Assembly: GCF_902652985.1 (NCBI RefSeq)
Contig: NC_047028.1
Coordinates: forward strand, 8,928,001-8,992,000
Direction: 5' to 3'
Length of the DNA stretch: 64,000 nucleotides
Origin: Pecten maximus
Lineage: Eukaryota
The position numbers were made by a program, and so were the translations under genes. Below the pieces are notes generated by a model. It did no database searches, was not told the origin of the DNA, and saw nothing but the letters and a program-made list of their open reading frames with translations. Positions 1 through 13,000 of the stretch are shown here, piece after piece (positions within the stretch are counted from its first letter, which is position 1; each line of letters opens with the position of its first letter).

Positions 1-414
1 CTTAGCGTAGAGTAACCCTTGGTTAGCAAAGATGGAGTAAACAAGACAAGCGGCTTTTGCAAAATGGACAAAATCGGTTAGAGTTAGGGTTAGGGTAAAA
101 GAGTCTGTCATTGCCATGGCTGCCATTCACGATTGTGGCTTTAAATTGTTTGAGCATCCGCCTGATTCACCTGATCTCGCTCCATCAGACTTTCCAAAAC
201 TGAAAACAGCTATTTCAAGCACCACAACCCTAACCCTAATCCTGATGCAGTGGATGACTTTCTGAACAGCCGAGAAAAGGGGTTCAGAAAAGTGACATTG
301 AGGCTGGCAAAAGTATATAGATACTGAAGGGGATTATGTTGAAAAGTAATAAAATATGTCTGGCAAAATTCAAATCCTTCAATACGAGGCTCACAACTTA
401 TCAATCAGCCCTCA
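1..414 (+). mobile_element. Internally deleted Mariner (DD34D-type) copy, left end outside or truncated
   Basis: ATG GAC AAA ATC GG at 64 matches the transposase start of the 47.5 kb Mariner. HPPDSPDLAPSDF motif near 155-193. Right TIR gaggctcacaacttatcaatcagccctca followed by TA at 415-416. Confidence 0.85.
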
Positions 415-1367
415 TACATTATATGCACGTTTTGATATAGAAGGATAAATTATGAAGTTAAATTTGAAGCACTAAGGAGTCAAAGTCACAAGATATCATA
501 CAAACTCCCACACGATCTTTTGATGAATAAAAACTGATGGGTTTTTTTCCAGGCCGACGAAGGGTAATGTATGACCGTTCTACACTCCGATCTGGTAGCT
601 GTACTTGTTTTCCCTTTTCCTCGGAGTTAGAAATTGTATGTGAAAATAAGACCACGTTTTATCAAACTATCGAAATAAAAGTTCCATTGAAATGATTCGT
701 TTTGGATATTACACATCATTGTTTATAACACATATGCCGGGCAGAATGCTAACGTATTCAATATCTATGAAAAAATATCAGAATAGTAAAAGATAAAATG
801 TAGATGTATGGAAAAATACGCATGTTACTCTATGTAAAAGACAGTGACACAATCATTACCATTTATAATCTCAGAATGGTTTTTCTATCGTGGAATCTAT
901 TATTTCAGTCATGTTTAAAAATGGTTAACCCTGTTTCTACCCTCAAACCGCATTTTTATTTTATTTTTTAATAATTTGACAGAATGTGATAATACGGATT
1001 TCATTAATTACGCAACTTATCAATGAAACAATAATTTAACTGTGCTTATAAATATAGATATATCAAATGAAACATAAATACATATATGAATGTTAATATT
1101 TTGAATCAGTAGGATATGTAATTTTGTGAAAATGTCACAAGGGATTTTTGTGATAAAACGTATACATATGTAGTACTAAAGCTTACTACGGGACACTTCG
1201 GGTTTGTATCGGATAGTCTATATTAACCCGGCCGTACACTTTAAACCAATCACTCATTCTAACTGAAAAAAACACCGAAAAAAACTTGGACACACACATA
1301 AATATATTCATTAAAACATGTACATTAATCTATAGATATTTAGATATACATATGTACAAATATTTAC

Positions 1368-1434
1368 CTCCGTCTAGCGGCAATACGAGGAGTAAACACA
1401 GCGTGCAGGTGAGAAGGAATCGGTGGTATTCCAT
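1368..1434 (-). CDS. Probable first (signal-peptide) exon of a secreted or membrane protein gene continuing leftwards
   Basis: Translates MEYHRFLLTCTLCLLLVLPLDG+1 nt, then GAG|GTAAAT donor (phase 1, typical of signal-peptide exons). Downstream exons were not identified. Confidence 0.45.
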
Positions 1435-2397
1435 GTCCGTGCACTGACTGAAACTAGTAATCTAGAATCTATTACGGACTGTCATGGAAATATGGCATGT
1501 TACCATGCATTTCCACACACTGTTAGAATGTTCCTTGTCCGCGTTAGGTTAAAAGTCACACGTGACGGTCCTCGTGCTGTCGTCTGTGTACGACTGCGAC
1601 AGTTAGTAGCGACACTGCAGTGTTATCACGATTAAGTATAAACCAGTACCTACCATCACAGGTAACCAATCAGTGAGGCTGAAAGCTCTCGGGTACAATT
1701 ATCTCCCAGATCGATGTCAGTAGTACACAGTAACATCAGAAGAAACAACGTTTGATGTAATCATAAAAATGTTAAAAGTCGCAGTGCCCGTAGCACATAT
1801 AGAAAATTAGTAAGATATGTCAGTAGCGCGTGTCTCTATAGCGAGGTAGCAAGCCTAGTATTAAATGTAAAACGTCTGAAGATGTCTGATGAAAACGCTA
1901 AATGCTTCATTAGGGACAAAGTGTTTCCGATTGTGATATTAAATATACAGTCATATTCTGAAAGAAAAATGTTAAATGTAACATATGTATCCAATATTAG
2001 TTCTGTCAAAGTCCGAGTGGTTATAAATCAAATTATTTCCATGTAAAGGTGTTTTAACGTTTTAAAGATTAGACACTAGTATATATGAGTTGCAATACCA
2101 CCAAATGAAACCCACTGATTGGTTAGGTAATGCGTATGCTCAGTATTGGTGTTGGAAATGAAAATAGGAATCATATTGTCCTCCTCTGTTTGGCCATAGT
2201 TTTATCAAAATCAAAGAGTTACGAAACTGATTTAATGATGGCGTCGATATACACCTCCATATGTATTAAATCCAATTCCATTTTATTCCGCATGTTTTAC
2301 AGCTGATAGGACAATAGTATATAATAAACGTAAAAGAACAAATACGTCCACTTTTACTCGTTCCATCATACACGCTACATAATCATTCTTGATACCA

Positions 2398-4270
2398 ATT
2401 TACATTTAATTAGACATATTATAAAAATCATTACCATATATATCTATACATTAACTAGACATATTAAATAAAATCAATACCATATATATCAAAACATTAA
2501 CTAGACATATCATAAAAATCATTACCATATACTGTATATCTATACATTAACTAGACATTATAAAAATCATTACCATAAATATCTATACATTAACTAGACA
2601 TATTATAAAAATCATTACCATATATATCTATACATTAACTAGACATATCATAAAAATCATTACCATATACTGTATATCTATACATTAACTAGACATTATA
2701 AAAATCATTACCATATATATCTATACATTAACTAGACATATTATAAAAATCATTACCATATACTAGACATATTATAAAAATCATTACCATATATATATCT
2801 ATACATTAACTAGACATATTATAAAAATCATTACCATATATATCTATACATTAACTAGACATATTATAAAAATCATTACCATATACTAGACATATCATAA
2901 AAATCATTACCATATATATCTATACATTAACTAGACATATCATAAAAATCATTACCATATATATCTATACATTAACTAGACATATTATAAAAATCATTAC
3001 CATATACTAGACATATTATAAAAATCATTACCATATATATCTATACATTAACTAGACATATTATAAAAATCATTACCATATACTGTATATCTATACATTT
3101 ACTAGACATATCATAAAAATCATTACCATATATATCTAAACATTAACTAGACATATTATAAAAATCATTACCATATATATCTATACATTAACTAGACATA
3201 TTATAAAAATCATTACCATATATCCCCCTGCAGGTAGGGCGTAAGAATTGTACCTGCTGCCCCCATTGCATGATCGTAACAGGCGACTAAATTTGGGATC
3301 TTATCTTTTCTCTTCTTGATTAACAACTTTCTTCTTCCTAACGTCTCCCTTGACACTGCCTCACTTTTGGCCTTTAGTTGAGCGTTCGCCCCTGTGAGGA
3401 AGGCTTTGGGTTCTGTCCCCTGGCCGAGACATACCAGAGTCTTTAAAAATGGTAGTTGCTGCTTCTGCTTAGCGCTCAGCATACAAGGAGTGGGACGACT
3501 GGTTCGCCCGTTGTCAGTATAATGTGACCGGGTGGGGTGTCCTGCTGGGTGTCTTCGGCAGTATGCTTCAGTGAGGTAGCACTATAAATCGGCAAAAGTT
3601 CCGGCCTATCACAAGAAGACTTGACACGAACATACCGCAGCCTCCCAAAACACACATACGCACTCACCACACGCATGCATGTCGCACGCACGGGAGGCCG
3701 TCCTTAAATGACCTTAGATGTTAATAGGACGTTAAACAAAATAAACCAAACCAAACCAATCATTACCATATATATCTATGCATTAACTAGACATATTATA
3801 AAAATCATTACCATATATATCTATGCATTAACTAGACATATTATAAAAATCATTACCATATATATCTATACATTAACTAGACATATTATAAAAATCATTA
3901 CCATATATATCTATACATTAACTAGACATATTATAAAAATCATTACCATATATATCTATACATTAACTAGACATATTATAAAAATCATTACCATATATAT
4001 CTATACATTAACTAGACATATTATAAAAATCATTACCATATATACCTATACATTAACTAGACATATTATAAAAATCATTACCATATATATCTATACATTA
4101 ACTAGACATATTATAAAAATCATTACCATATATATCTAAACATTAACTAGACATATTATAAAAATCATTACCATATATATCTAAACATTAACTAGACATA
4201 TTATAAAAATCATTACCATATATATCTATACATTAACTAGACATATTATAAAAATCATTACCATATATCT
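2398..4270. repeat. 45-bp minisatellite (tacattaactagacatattataaaaatcattaccatatatatcta), interrupted by a SINE
   Basis: About 30 direct copies; units left of the SINE vary in length, units right of it are homogeneous. Confidence 0.95.
3224..3757 (+). mobile_element. Composite SINE (extra 5' module + decayed tRNA head + Meta/MESC-like core + (AAACC)n tail), copy 1
   Basis: Near-identical to 61396-61962. TSD aatcattaccatatat at 3208-3223 and 3758-3773. Core-domain name is from memory. Confidence 0.85.
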
Positions 4271-4460
4271 GAAATACATATTTTCTGAATTATAAGTTGC
4301 TATATTAAGAACGTTTCTAGTTAGTTATCACAACTGAGTGAATCCCAACATACGAGAATTTCTCATGTAACATCGCTGGATTAATTGATTAAATTAATAA
4401 TCATAATTGCACTGAACTACGAAAGGCGGTTGGGACCATTTTCGTAGAAGAAAATAACAT

Positions 4461-4615
4461 TTTTTTCGCGTTATCACGCGAAACTAACGCATTATATCGC
4501 GAAACTTTCGCGCAACAACGCGAAACTAACGCGTTATATCGCGAAACTTTCGCGTTATTACGCGAAACTAACGCGTTATATCGCGAAACTTTCGCGCAAT
4601 AACGCGAAACTAACG
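4461..4615. repeat. CpG-rich 21/42-bp quasi-palindromic tandem repeat (tttcgcgttatcacgcgaaac)
   Basis: About 7 monomers seen directly; likely internal repeat of a non-autonomous DNA element. Confidence 0.8.
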
Positions 4616-5314
4616 GGTATTATTATATGACTGTGATTTTTCGCCTTTCCTGATTAGCCAATTCTAAACATTCTCACTTTGCTCAAATATTATTATCAAC
4701 CCCGAATCCGCGATACAGAGTGATATAACCACCCAATAACTCGAGTTCGTACCCAAATATAATAACAAGGGACTTTCCTGCAATCCGTGACGTCAAACCA
4801 GGGTGACATAACAATCCAACAACTCGAGTACGCACCCAAATATAGTAACAAGGGAATTTCCAACTATCCGTGGCGTCAAAAATGTATGCTTACATGTACA
4901 TGTAGGTATGTGCTCCCGGACAGAGTTTAATAGACTGAATTCTTAAATGTATTAGTATTTACATTTTGTTGAATTTTAAGCAATATTAAATAATGAAGTT
5001 TAAATTAATTGCTGACTTTGACTTATTAATTGTCATTTTGAACTTTTCTTCAGTCGATCACTATTATTTATTCATTCCTATGACAGGTAATGATATATAT
5101 TATGTTATTTATTATTGTATATTCGTTCTGATATTTTTGACATCTCTAATAGCAAGACTTCACGTTCGGTATGAATAGGCCATACACAGATAATCACAAT
5201 TTAATAATATATTCTCAACAAGATATAATCAGATGATCCTTTGGAAGAAGAATGTTGATGAGACGTCATTGTTGAAGTAATCGCTGTCACGTGACTAGAA
5301 TAATTTAGATGTAC

Positions 5315-5742
5315 ATAGAGGATATCTAACAGTGTCTTCAGTAATACCAAATATATTTCACGAGTGGGGCTAATATTTTGATATTTTTCACGAGTGCGCA
5401 GCACGAGTGAAAAATATCAAAATATTAGCCACACGAGTGAAATATATTTGGTTTTACTGAAGACACTGTTAGATATTCTGTTTATTACATTTTTTTATCA
5501 ACGAAAACCCTACCCCGTATGCTTACTAGGACTACAGCGATAATTTGTAAACAAAAAAAGTAGTTTCCCCTGTCTAGTTGCTGACATATATGTCGGGCTT
5601 TCTGATTGGTCAATTATTTTGGTATTTTCTAATCATTAATTTGATTGGTCAAATCAGCAAAAGTGATATTTTTCACTAGTGAAAAATATCACTTTTATAG
5701 AATGAATACTTTTTGATATTTCACTGGTAAAAATGTAATAAA
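5315..5742 (+). mobile_element. Non-autonomous long-hairpin element, family A copy 1 (A-A' palindrome then B...B')
   Basis: About 80-bp inverted arms centred on gtgc-GCA-gcac (5398-5400), then tttattacattttt ... aaaaatgtaataaa. Second copy at 63348-63733. Confidence 0.8.
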
Positions 5743-6900
5743 GCTGTGTATTATTCTCAGATGAGTTTTGAGGTGACTCAGCCGGACTCAGCTGATCTAC
5801 AGGATGTGAGGTGATAAGCTACTACCCGACCAGTTTGTGACATGCTGAATACATACTACCCTATAGCTTATTATATATTAGAAAACGTAACAGTTAAATT
5901 ATTATCAGTCTGCATTCATTAGTGTATGGATCTATGTTAGCGATATAGAGGACATCCATACTCATATAAATTAGATTAGAGATTTGCGTTAACGGGTCCA
6001 GCAAGCAATGTATAAGAAATGTGTTTTCACATTTTTTTTTCACGGACGTCCCTGCATAGTCATTTGAAAATCCCTCCCTTCTCTCCGCTCTTTAGCCAAG
6101 TTAGAAATACCTAGGTCTGAGTTCACACGGCTTCGTTTATATAAATGCTATGCTTACAGTGATCAACTTACCACCTATAACTATCAACTTAGTAATCATA
6201 TTTTCTGGTATTTCACATCTATTCATATTTACTTACACATCATAATGGTTAATTAATAAATAATTTATTACTTAGACCAGTCTTGATTACTTTAAACATT
6301 CAACAGCACAGTTCCCTTCCACATTCCAAGTTGTGTGGTCATATATTAGACGATTGTCCTTTATATTACCGTGCAGTAAATTGTCGGAATTGAACAAATT
6401 AATATATATTTATTTGCCCCACAATAACATACTAGTCTAAATGGTGAAACTGTTAAGAGGAACGCCTTGAAAATTCTAAAATAAGACCTACGTTAGGATT
6501 TATCATTATTTCCCCATTTATGATGCATATTTTGTGATAGTATTGTTCTACGAAGGAGTTAGATGAGGGGCTAAGTATAAGTCAGTTGATAGAAATTGTA
6601 CACGCACCGCATATGCAACTATCGTCTGTTAAAAGTATAGATTTCTGGAACGGATTATAGTCGGTGCTTTGTTTACAGCAAAGGTGAAGGCAGCTAAAAT
6701 AGCCTAGCTTTGTATTCATAGTTTAGTTTCGTATCACGTGGGATGCGTTAATGCTGTAATTATATATTAAGAATTCATAAATGCTAAATTGAATTAAACA
6801 TAGAGTAAATCTACAAATTAATAAGATTTATAGGTCATTTTAATAACAAAAATTTAGTTATTTATAAAAAGTTATGTCTACTTGCAATCATTAGCATAAT

Positions 6901-6912
6901 CAAGATGGCGGC
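6901..6912 (+). promoter_or_regulatory. YY1-type motif CAAGATGGCGGC overlapping the RSF1 start codon
   Basis: Exact match to the YY1 consensus commonly found at starts of housekeeping genes; function inferred. Confidence 0.5.
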
Positions 6913-7049
6913 TGCATCAGAAGCGATCTGCCACAGTGATCCTAACTTCGCCGTTATTTGCTCGTTTCTCGACAAATATGGCGAGAGATTGGGACTTGCA
7001 GAGACTTCTCATGTAGATCTGCAGAATTGGATTGAAGACACAAAGCATG
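6905..7049 (+). CDS. RSF1: RSF1 exon 1
   Basis: [26 protein letters not shown]...TKH; donor G|GTATG, phase 1. Confidence 0.92.
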
Positions 7050-10000
7050 GTATGTTGTGATCTTTGCAAACATCCGTTATACTTTAGATATTATTGAGGC
7101 CGACATAGCATTTTCATTGTTTTTGAATGTAAATTGACGACTTTTGTAAATCGACTCCAGTCAGTATATCTACATTTGAAGACCCGCAACACATCCTTTT
7201 AGAAACTGAACCACATTTTTAAATCAATGCATAAAATATCATTGATATTTTCTGGATCATTTTATATCATTACACGATAACAAATGTCTGAAATATCATC
7301 AATGATGCTTTCCGGTGGAGTTAAGCAAACAAACACCGAAGCCTCAAAATTAAAGGAAATGTCTAGGATTTATTTCGCATTTGTGGTTAATTAAATTATT
7401 TACAGTGATATCGTCTTAATTTACATAATATGACATGACTGCCATTGATGATAATGAAATCATAATTCTATAATATGTAAATATGTATGTTTTGATTACA
7501 ACGCCAGCTCACGCTTTGAGATAAAAGAAATATCAACAAATCACAGTTACCCCCCTTTAGTAATTACCAGCATTACTAATTACAAATAAAAGATCTGTTT
7601 ATACATGTGTGCATATACATGTATATATTTATGTATATAGATATTATATAAATGTCAAATGTGCAAAAAACAAATGTGTCTCTGTGAATAGGATCACATA
7701 ATTATAGACATTTACTACACAAATTAAACATATACACATTTCTTAATTCATTAGTAAACCATTGTGTAGTGTCAAGACAAACAATGTTACAGTAATATAT
7801 TATTTAAATGGAGGAAATTTATGCCAAATATATTGCTTATTCCAATGAATAAGTGTTGAAGAAAATTCCTCTGGATTGGTGAATGTGCCTGCCAAGCCTT
7901 TTCACCCAAATCTTTTTGAGTAAAGCTAAAATTCCCTTTAACTTGGATTTAATAGGAGTCTTAATAATAAATAAAGTTAGAAAAGAAAGAGGAAAACAAT
8001 AATAAAAAAAAACAACAGTCATGCTGAAAAATCTCCTCAACTGTCCACAACCTCCATAAAGGCAGACTTTTATCATATTCATAAAAGATAAGAACATTAT
8101 TGCAATTGGCATTTATTATAGCCTATTTGTGTATCCTCTTACCTCTTAAATGTTGATATGAGGTACATATGTATTTATAAAATATTTTCTTTATCATCTT
8201 TAGACATGCAATTTCTCTCACAGGAAAAACACAACAACAAAAAGACACCAAAAAAAACTGCAAGTTTGCCCAATGCCATCTGAAGAGTCTACCTGTGTTT
8301 TAAATGTCATCTATTTGCATACATCTTCCAGAATGTTTTGTTATTGTTTTAATTAAAGTTTGTATCACTAAAATGTTCTACCAACCATATTTCAGTATTT
8401 GCTTTTTTTCTTCAAAACTTCACACATTAATAATATATAGATATTGTAATATTAGAAATACATACCATAAAGGGAATTTCTTGATATGAATTGATAATTT
8501 GATCCATTCTTATCTTCCTGAATTTGATTTTGTTTTATCAGATAAAATTTTGACTTGATTGTTAATTGTTTTGTAGTGTCATCGTTCCTCATAGATATTC
8601 ATGTGCGGCTGCTGAGACGTGTTGGAAAGGGTTCTGTCTCAACAGAAAAGTGGGAGCGATATGTTGTCAAGGTGAGGATGGAGAGGCATGATATTGCTAC
8701 TGCTAGTATAGAGATCAAAAGAAGAAAATAAGTGATTTTAAAGGTTTTGTTGACATATTTTCTACTGTATATGTACATATCTTTTTTAAGCAATTCTTGC
8801 ACTGAAAGTATTTTGAAGCAATCTTTTTTAAGCAATTCTTGCACTGAAAGTATTTTGAAGCATTTTATGTGTGCTAATACATGTACATCATTGGGTTTAA
8901 TCTGTTTTAGTTAGATTATGGCCTAAAATTTGAGTGCACCAAAATATGTGGATTTACATTAAGTATTTTCACAGAACTTTGACAAAGAAATATAAAGGTG
9001 TGTAAAGGGAAGCTAAGCTGTATGTTTGTTATTTTATTTCAGTACTGTTACACCTATTCAGAAATTGATGCATGGGAGGTGGAAAGATTTGGCTACAAAC
9101 ATTCCAAAACATCAACCAAACTGAAAATTCTTAAGGTAAGATCAATATTCTCCCAAGATTTGTTTTCAAAAGGAGCATTATATTGTTAAATATATGGATG
9201 GACCAGGGTACCATTGTATATTTAATTAAAGCAGTGCTATGATTTGGATGTGAAGCCTTTTGGATAGTAGAATTAGTTGGATGAAAATTTAAATCTTTGC
9301 ACCATTATTGAAGGTTGGATATGGAAGTATAATGTGAAAGGTCATTTGATTTCTTAACAGTTGATCAGAAGAGATGTTCACAGAAGCATTAACCTAGTCA
9401 GTAAAAAATATAAAATCTACAAGTTTTTCTAGTGATGACACCCTGAGAACTCTAACACATACCAGTGTTTGATATTCATCTGGACACTTGACACCTACTG
9501 ACAAACATTTGGTTATTTCAGAACTTATTAGAGAACCAGTTTGACTACAATACAAAGTTCAAAGAGAAGGTAAATGAAGAGGAACCAGTTGCTATGAGAT
9601 TCCAGCCAATAGGCAGGGATAAAAATGGACTGGCCTACTGGTACATACTTGTAAGTATTACAGAAACTTTTAACAGACTTTTCCTTTAATGTGAAAATGT
9701 ATTGGTGTCACCTATACGACCACATGGGTCCCCCCCCTCCCCCCCCTCCCCCCCAAATACTCCTGTTTATCTACCATAATATCCTCCTCCCTTCTATGCT
9801 CACTTCTGGGCCAACATGTAACTAATATATTTTATAACTTGTTTCATAATTGTCATTATAATTAAAGTAATTAAGTATAGTTATCCTTGTTTAACATGTA
9901 AGAAACTCTCTGATATTCATACATACAATAGTTTGAATGCTGGCTTAACGATGTGAGTCTGTTACAGGATAAAGAACAGAACCTGATGGTGTATCGTGAG

Positions 10001-13000
10001 GATCAGGACGATGTTGATGCAGAGACATGGGAAATAGTGTGCAGGTAAAACATTAACCCCAGGAGAAGTAAGGCTGTTTATCTCACTTATATAAAGGACA
10101 GGTAAAACATTAACCCCAGGAGAAGTCAGCCTGTGTAACTCACTTATATAAAGGACAGGTAAAACATTAACCCCAGGAGAAGTAAGGCTGTTTATCTCCA
10201 CACTTATATAAAGGACAGGTAAAACATTAACCCCAGGAGAAGTAAGCCTGTTTATCTCACTTATATAAAGGACAGGTAAAACATTAACCCCAGGAGAAGT
10301 AAGCCTGTTTATCTCACTTATATAAAGGACAGGTAAAACATTAACCCCAGGAGAAGTAAGCCTGTTTATCTCACTTATATAAAGGACAGGTAAAACATTA
10401 ACCCTAGGAGAAGTAAGGCTGTTTATCTCAGTTATATAAAGGACAGGTAAAACATTAACCCCAGGAGAAGTAAGCCTGTTTATCTCACTTATATAAAGGA
10501 CGGGTAAAACATTAACCCCAGGAGAAGTAAGCCTGTTTATCTCACTTATATAAAGGACAGGTAAAACATTAACCCCAGGAGAAGTAAGCCTGTTTATCTC
10601 ACTTATATAAAGGACAGGTAAAACATTGACCCCAGGAGAAGTAAGCCTGTTTATCTCACTTATATAAAGGACGGGTAAAACATTAACCCCAGGAGAAGTA
10701 AGGCTGTTTATCTCACTTATATAAAGGACAGGTAAAACATTAACCCCAGGAGAAGTAAGCCTGTTTATCTCACTTATATAAAGGACAGGTAAAACATTAA
10801 CCCCAGGAGAAGTAAGGCTGTTTATCTCAGTTATATAAAGGACGGGTAAAACATTAACCCCAGGAGAAGTAAGCCTGTTTATCTCACTTATATAAAGGAC
10901 AGGTAAAACATTAACCCCAGGAGAAGTAAGCCTGTTTATCTCACTTATATAAAGGACAGGTAAAACATTAACCCCAGGAGAAGTAAGCCTGTTTATCTCA
11001 CTTATCTAAAGGACAGGTAAAACATTAACCCCAGGAGAAGTAAGCCTGTTTATCTCACTTATATAAAGGACAGGTAAAACATTAACCCCAGGAGAAGTAA
11101 GCCTGTTTATCTCACTTATATAAAGGACGGGTAAAACATTAACCCCAGGAGAAGTAAGCCTGTTTATCTCACTTATATAAAGGACAGGTAAAACATTAAC
11201 CCCAGGAGAAGTAAGCCTGTTTAACTCCACACTTATATAAAGGACGGGTAAAACATTAACCCCAGGAGAAGTAAGCCTGTTTATCTCCACACTTATATAA
11301 AGGACGGGAAAAACATTAACCCCAGGAGAAGTAAGCCTGTTTATCTCACTTATATAAAGGACAGGTAAAACATTAACCCCAGGAGAAGTAAGGCTGTTTA
11401 TCTCACTTATATAAAGGACGGGTAAAACATTAACCCCAGGAGAAGTAAGGCTGTTTATCTCACTTATATAAAGGACAGGTAAAACATTAACCCCAGGAGA
11501 AGTAAGCCTGTTTATCTCACTTATATAAAGGACAGGTAAAACATTAACCCCAGGAGAAGTAAGGCTGTTTATCTCACTTATATAAAGGACGGGTAAAACA
11601 TTAACCCCAGGAGAAGTAAGCCTGTGTAACTCACTTATATAAAGGACAGGTAAAACATTAACCCCAGGAGAAGTAAGCCTGTTTATCTCCACACTTATAT
11701 AAAGGACGGGAAAAACATTAACCCCAGGAGAAGTAAGCCTGTTTATCTCACTTATATAAAGGACAGGTAAAACATTAACCCCAGGAGAAGTAAGCCTGTT
11801 TATCTCACTTATATAAAGGACGGGTAAAACATTAACCCCAGGAGAAGTAAGCCTGTTTATCTCACTTATATAAAGGACAGGTAAAACATTAACCCCAGGA
11901 GAAGTAAGCCTGTTTAACTCCACACTTATATAAAGGACGGGTAAAACATTAACCCCAGGAGAAGTAAGGCTGTTTATCTCACTTATATAAAGGACAGGTA
12001 AAACATTAACCCCAGGAGAAGTAAGCCTGTTTATCTCACTTATATAAAGGACAGGTAAAACATTAACCCCAGGAGAAGTAAGCCTGTTTATCTCACTTAT
12101 ATAAAGGACGGGTAAAACATTAACCCCAGGAGAAGTAAGGCTGTTTATCTCACTTATATAAAGGACAGGTAAAACATTAACCCCAGGAGAAGTAAGCCTG
12201 TTTATCTCACTTATATAAAGGACAGATAAAACATTAACCCCAGGAGAAGTAAGGCTGTTTAACTCACTTATATAAAGGACAGGTAAAACATTAACCCCAG
12301 GAGAAGTAAGCCTGTTTATCTCACTTATCTAAAGGACAGGTAAAACATTAACCCCAGGAGAAGTAAGCCTGTTTATCTCACTTATATAAAGGACAGATAA
12401 AACATTAACCCCAGGAGAAGTAAGCCTGTTTATCTCACTTATATAAAGGACAGGTAAAACATTAACCCCAGGAGAAGTAAGCCTGTTTAACTCCACACTT
12501 ATCTAAAGGACAGGTAAAACATTAACCCCAGGAGAAGTAAGCCTGTTTATCTCACTTATATAAAGGACAGGTAAAACATTAACCCCAGGAGAAGTAAGGC
12601 TGTTTATCTCCACACTTATATAAAGGACAGGTAAAACATTAACCCCAGGAGAAGTAAGCCTGTTTAACTCCACACTTATATAAAGGACAGGTAAAACATT
12701 AACCCCAGGAGAAGTAAGCCTGTTTATCTCCACACTTATATAAAGGACAGGTAAAACATTAACCCCAGGAGAAGTAAGCCTGTTTAACTCCACACTTATC
12801 TAAAGGACAGGTAAAACATTAACCCCAGGAGAAGTAAGCCTGTTTATCTCACTTATATAAAGGACAGGTAAAACATTAACCCCAGGAGAAGTAAGCCTGT
12901 TTAACTCACTTATAAAGAGGACATTTAATTACAACGGTTTGTACTGACATCAGTTTTGTCTGAAACTTAGAAAAAATTGTTTTATGAAATTTTCCCCAAT

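Noticed and set aside
9962-12793. Repetitive minus-strand ORFs ([19 protein letters not shown])
   Set aside because: Translation of the 57/60-bp intronic array.
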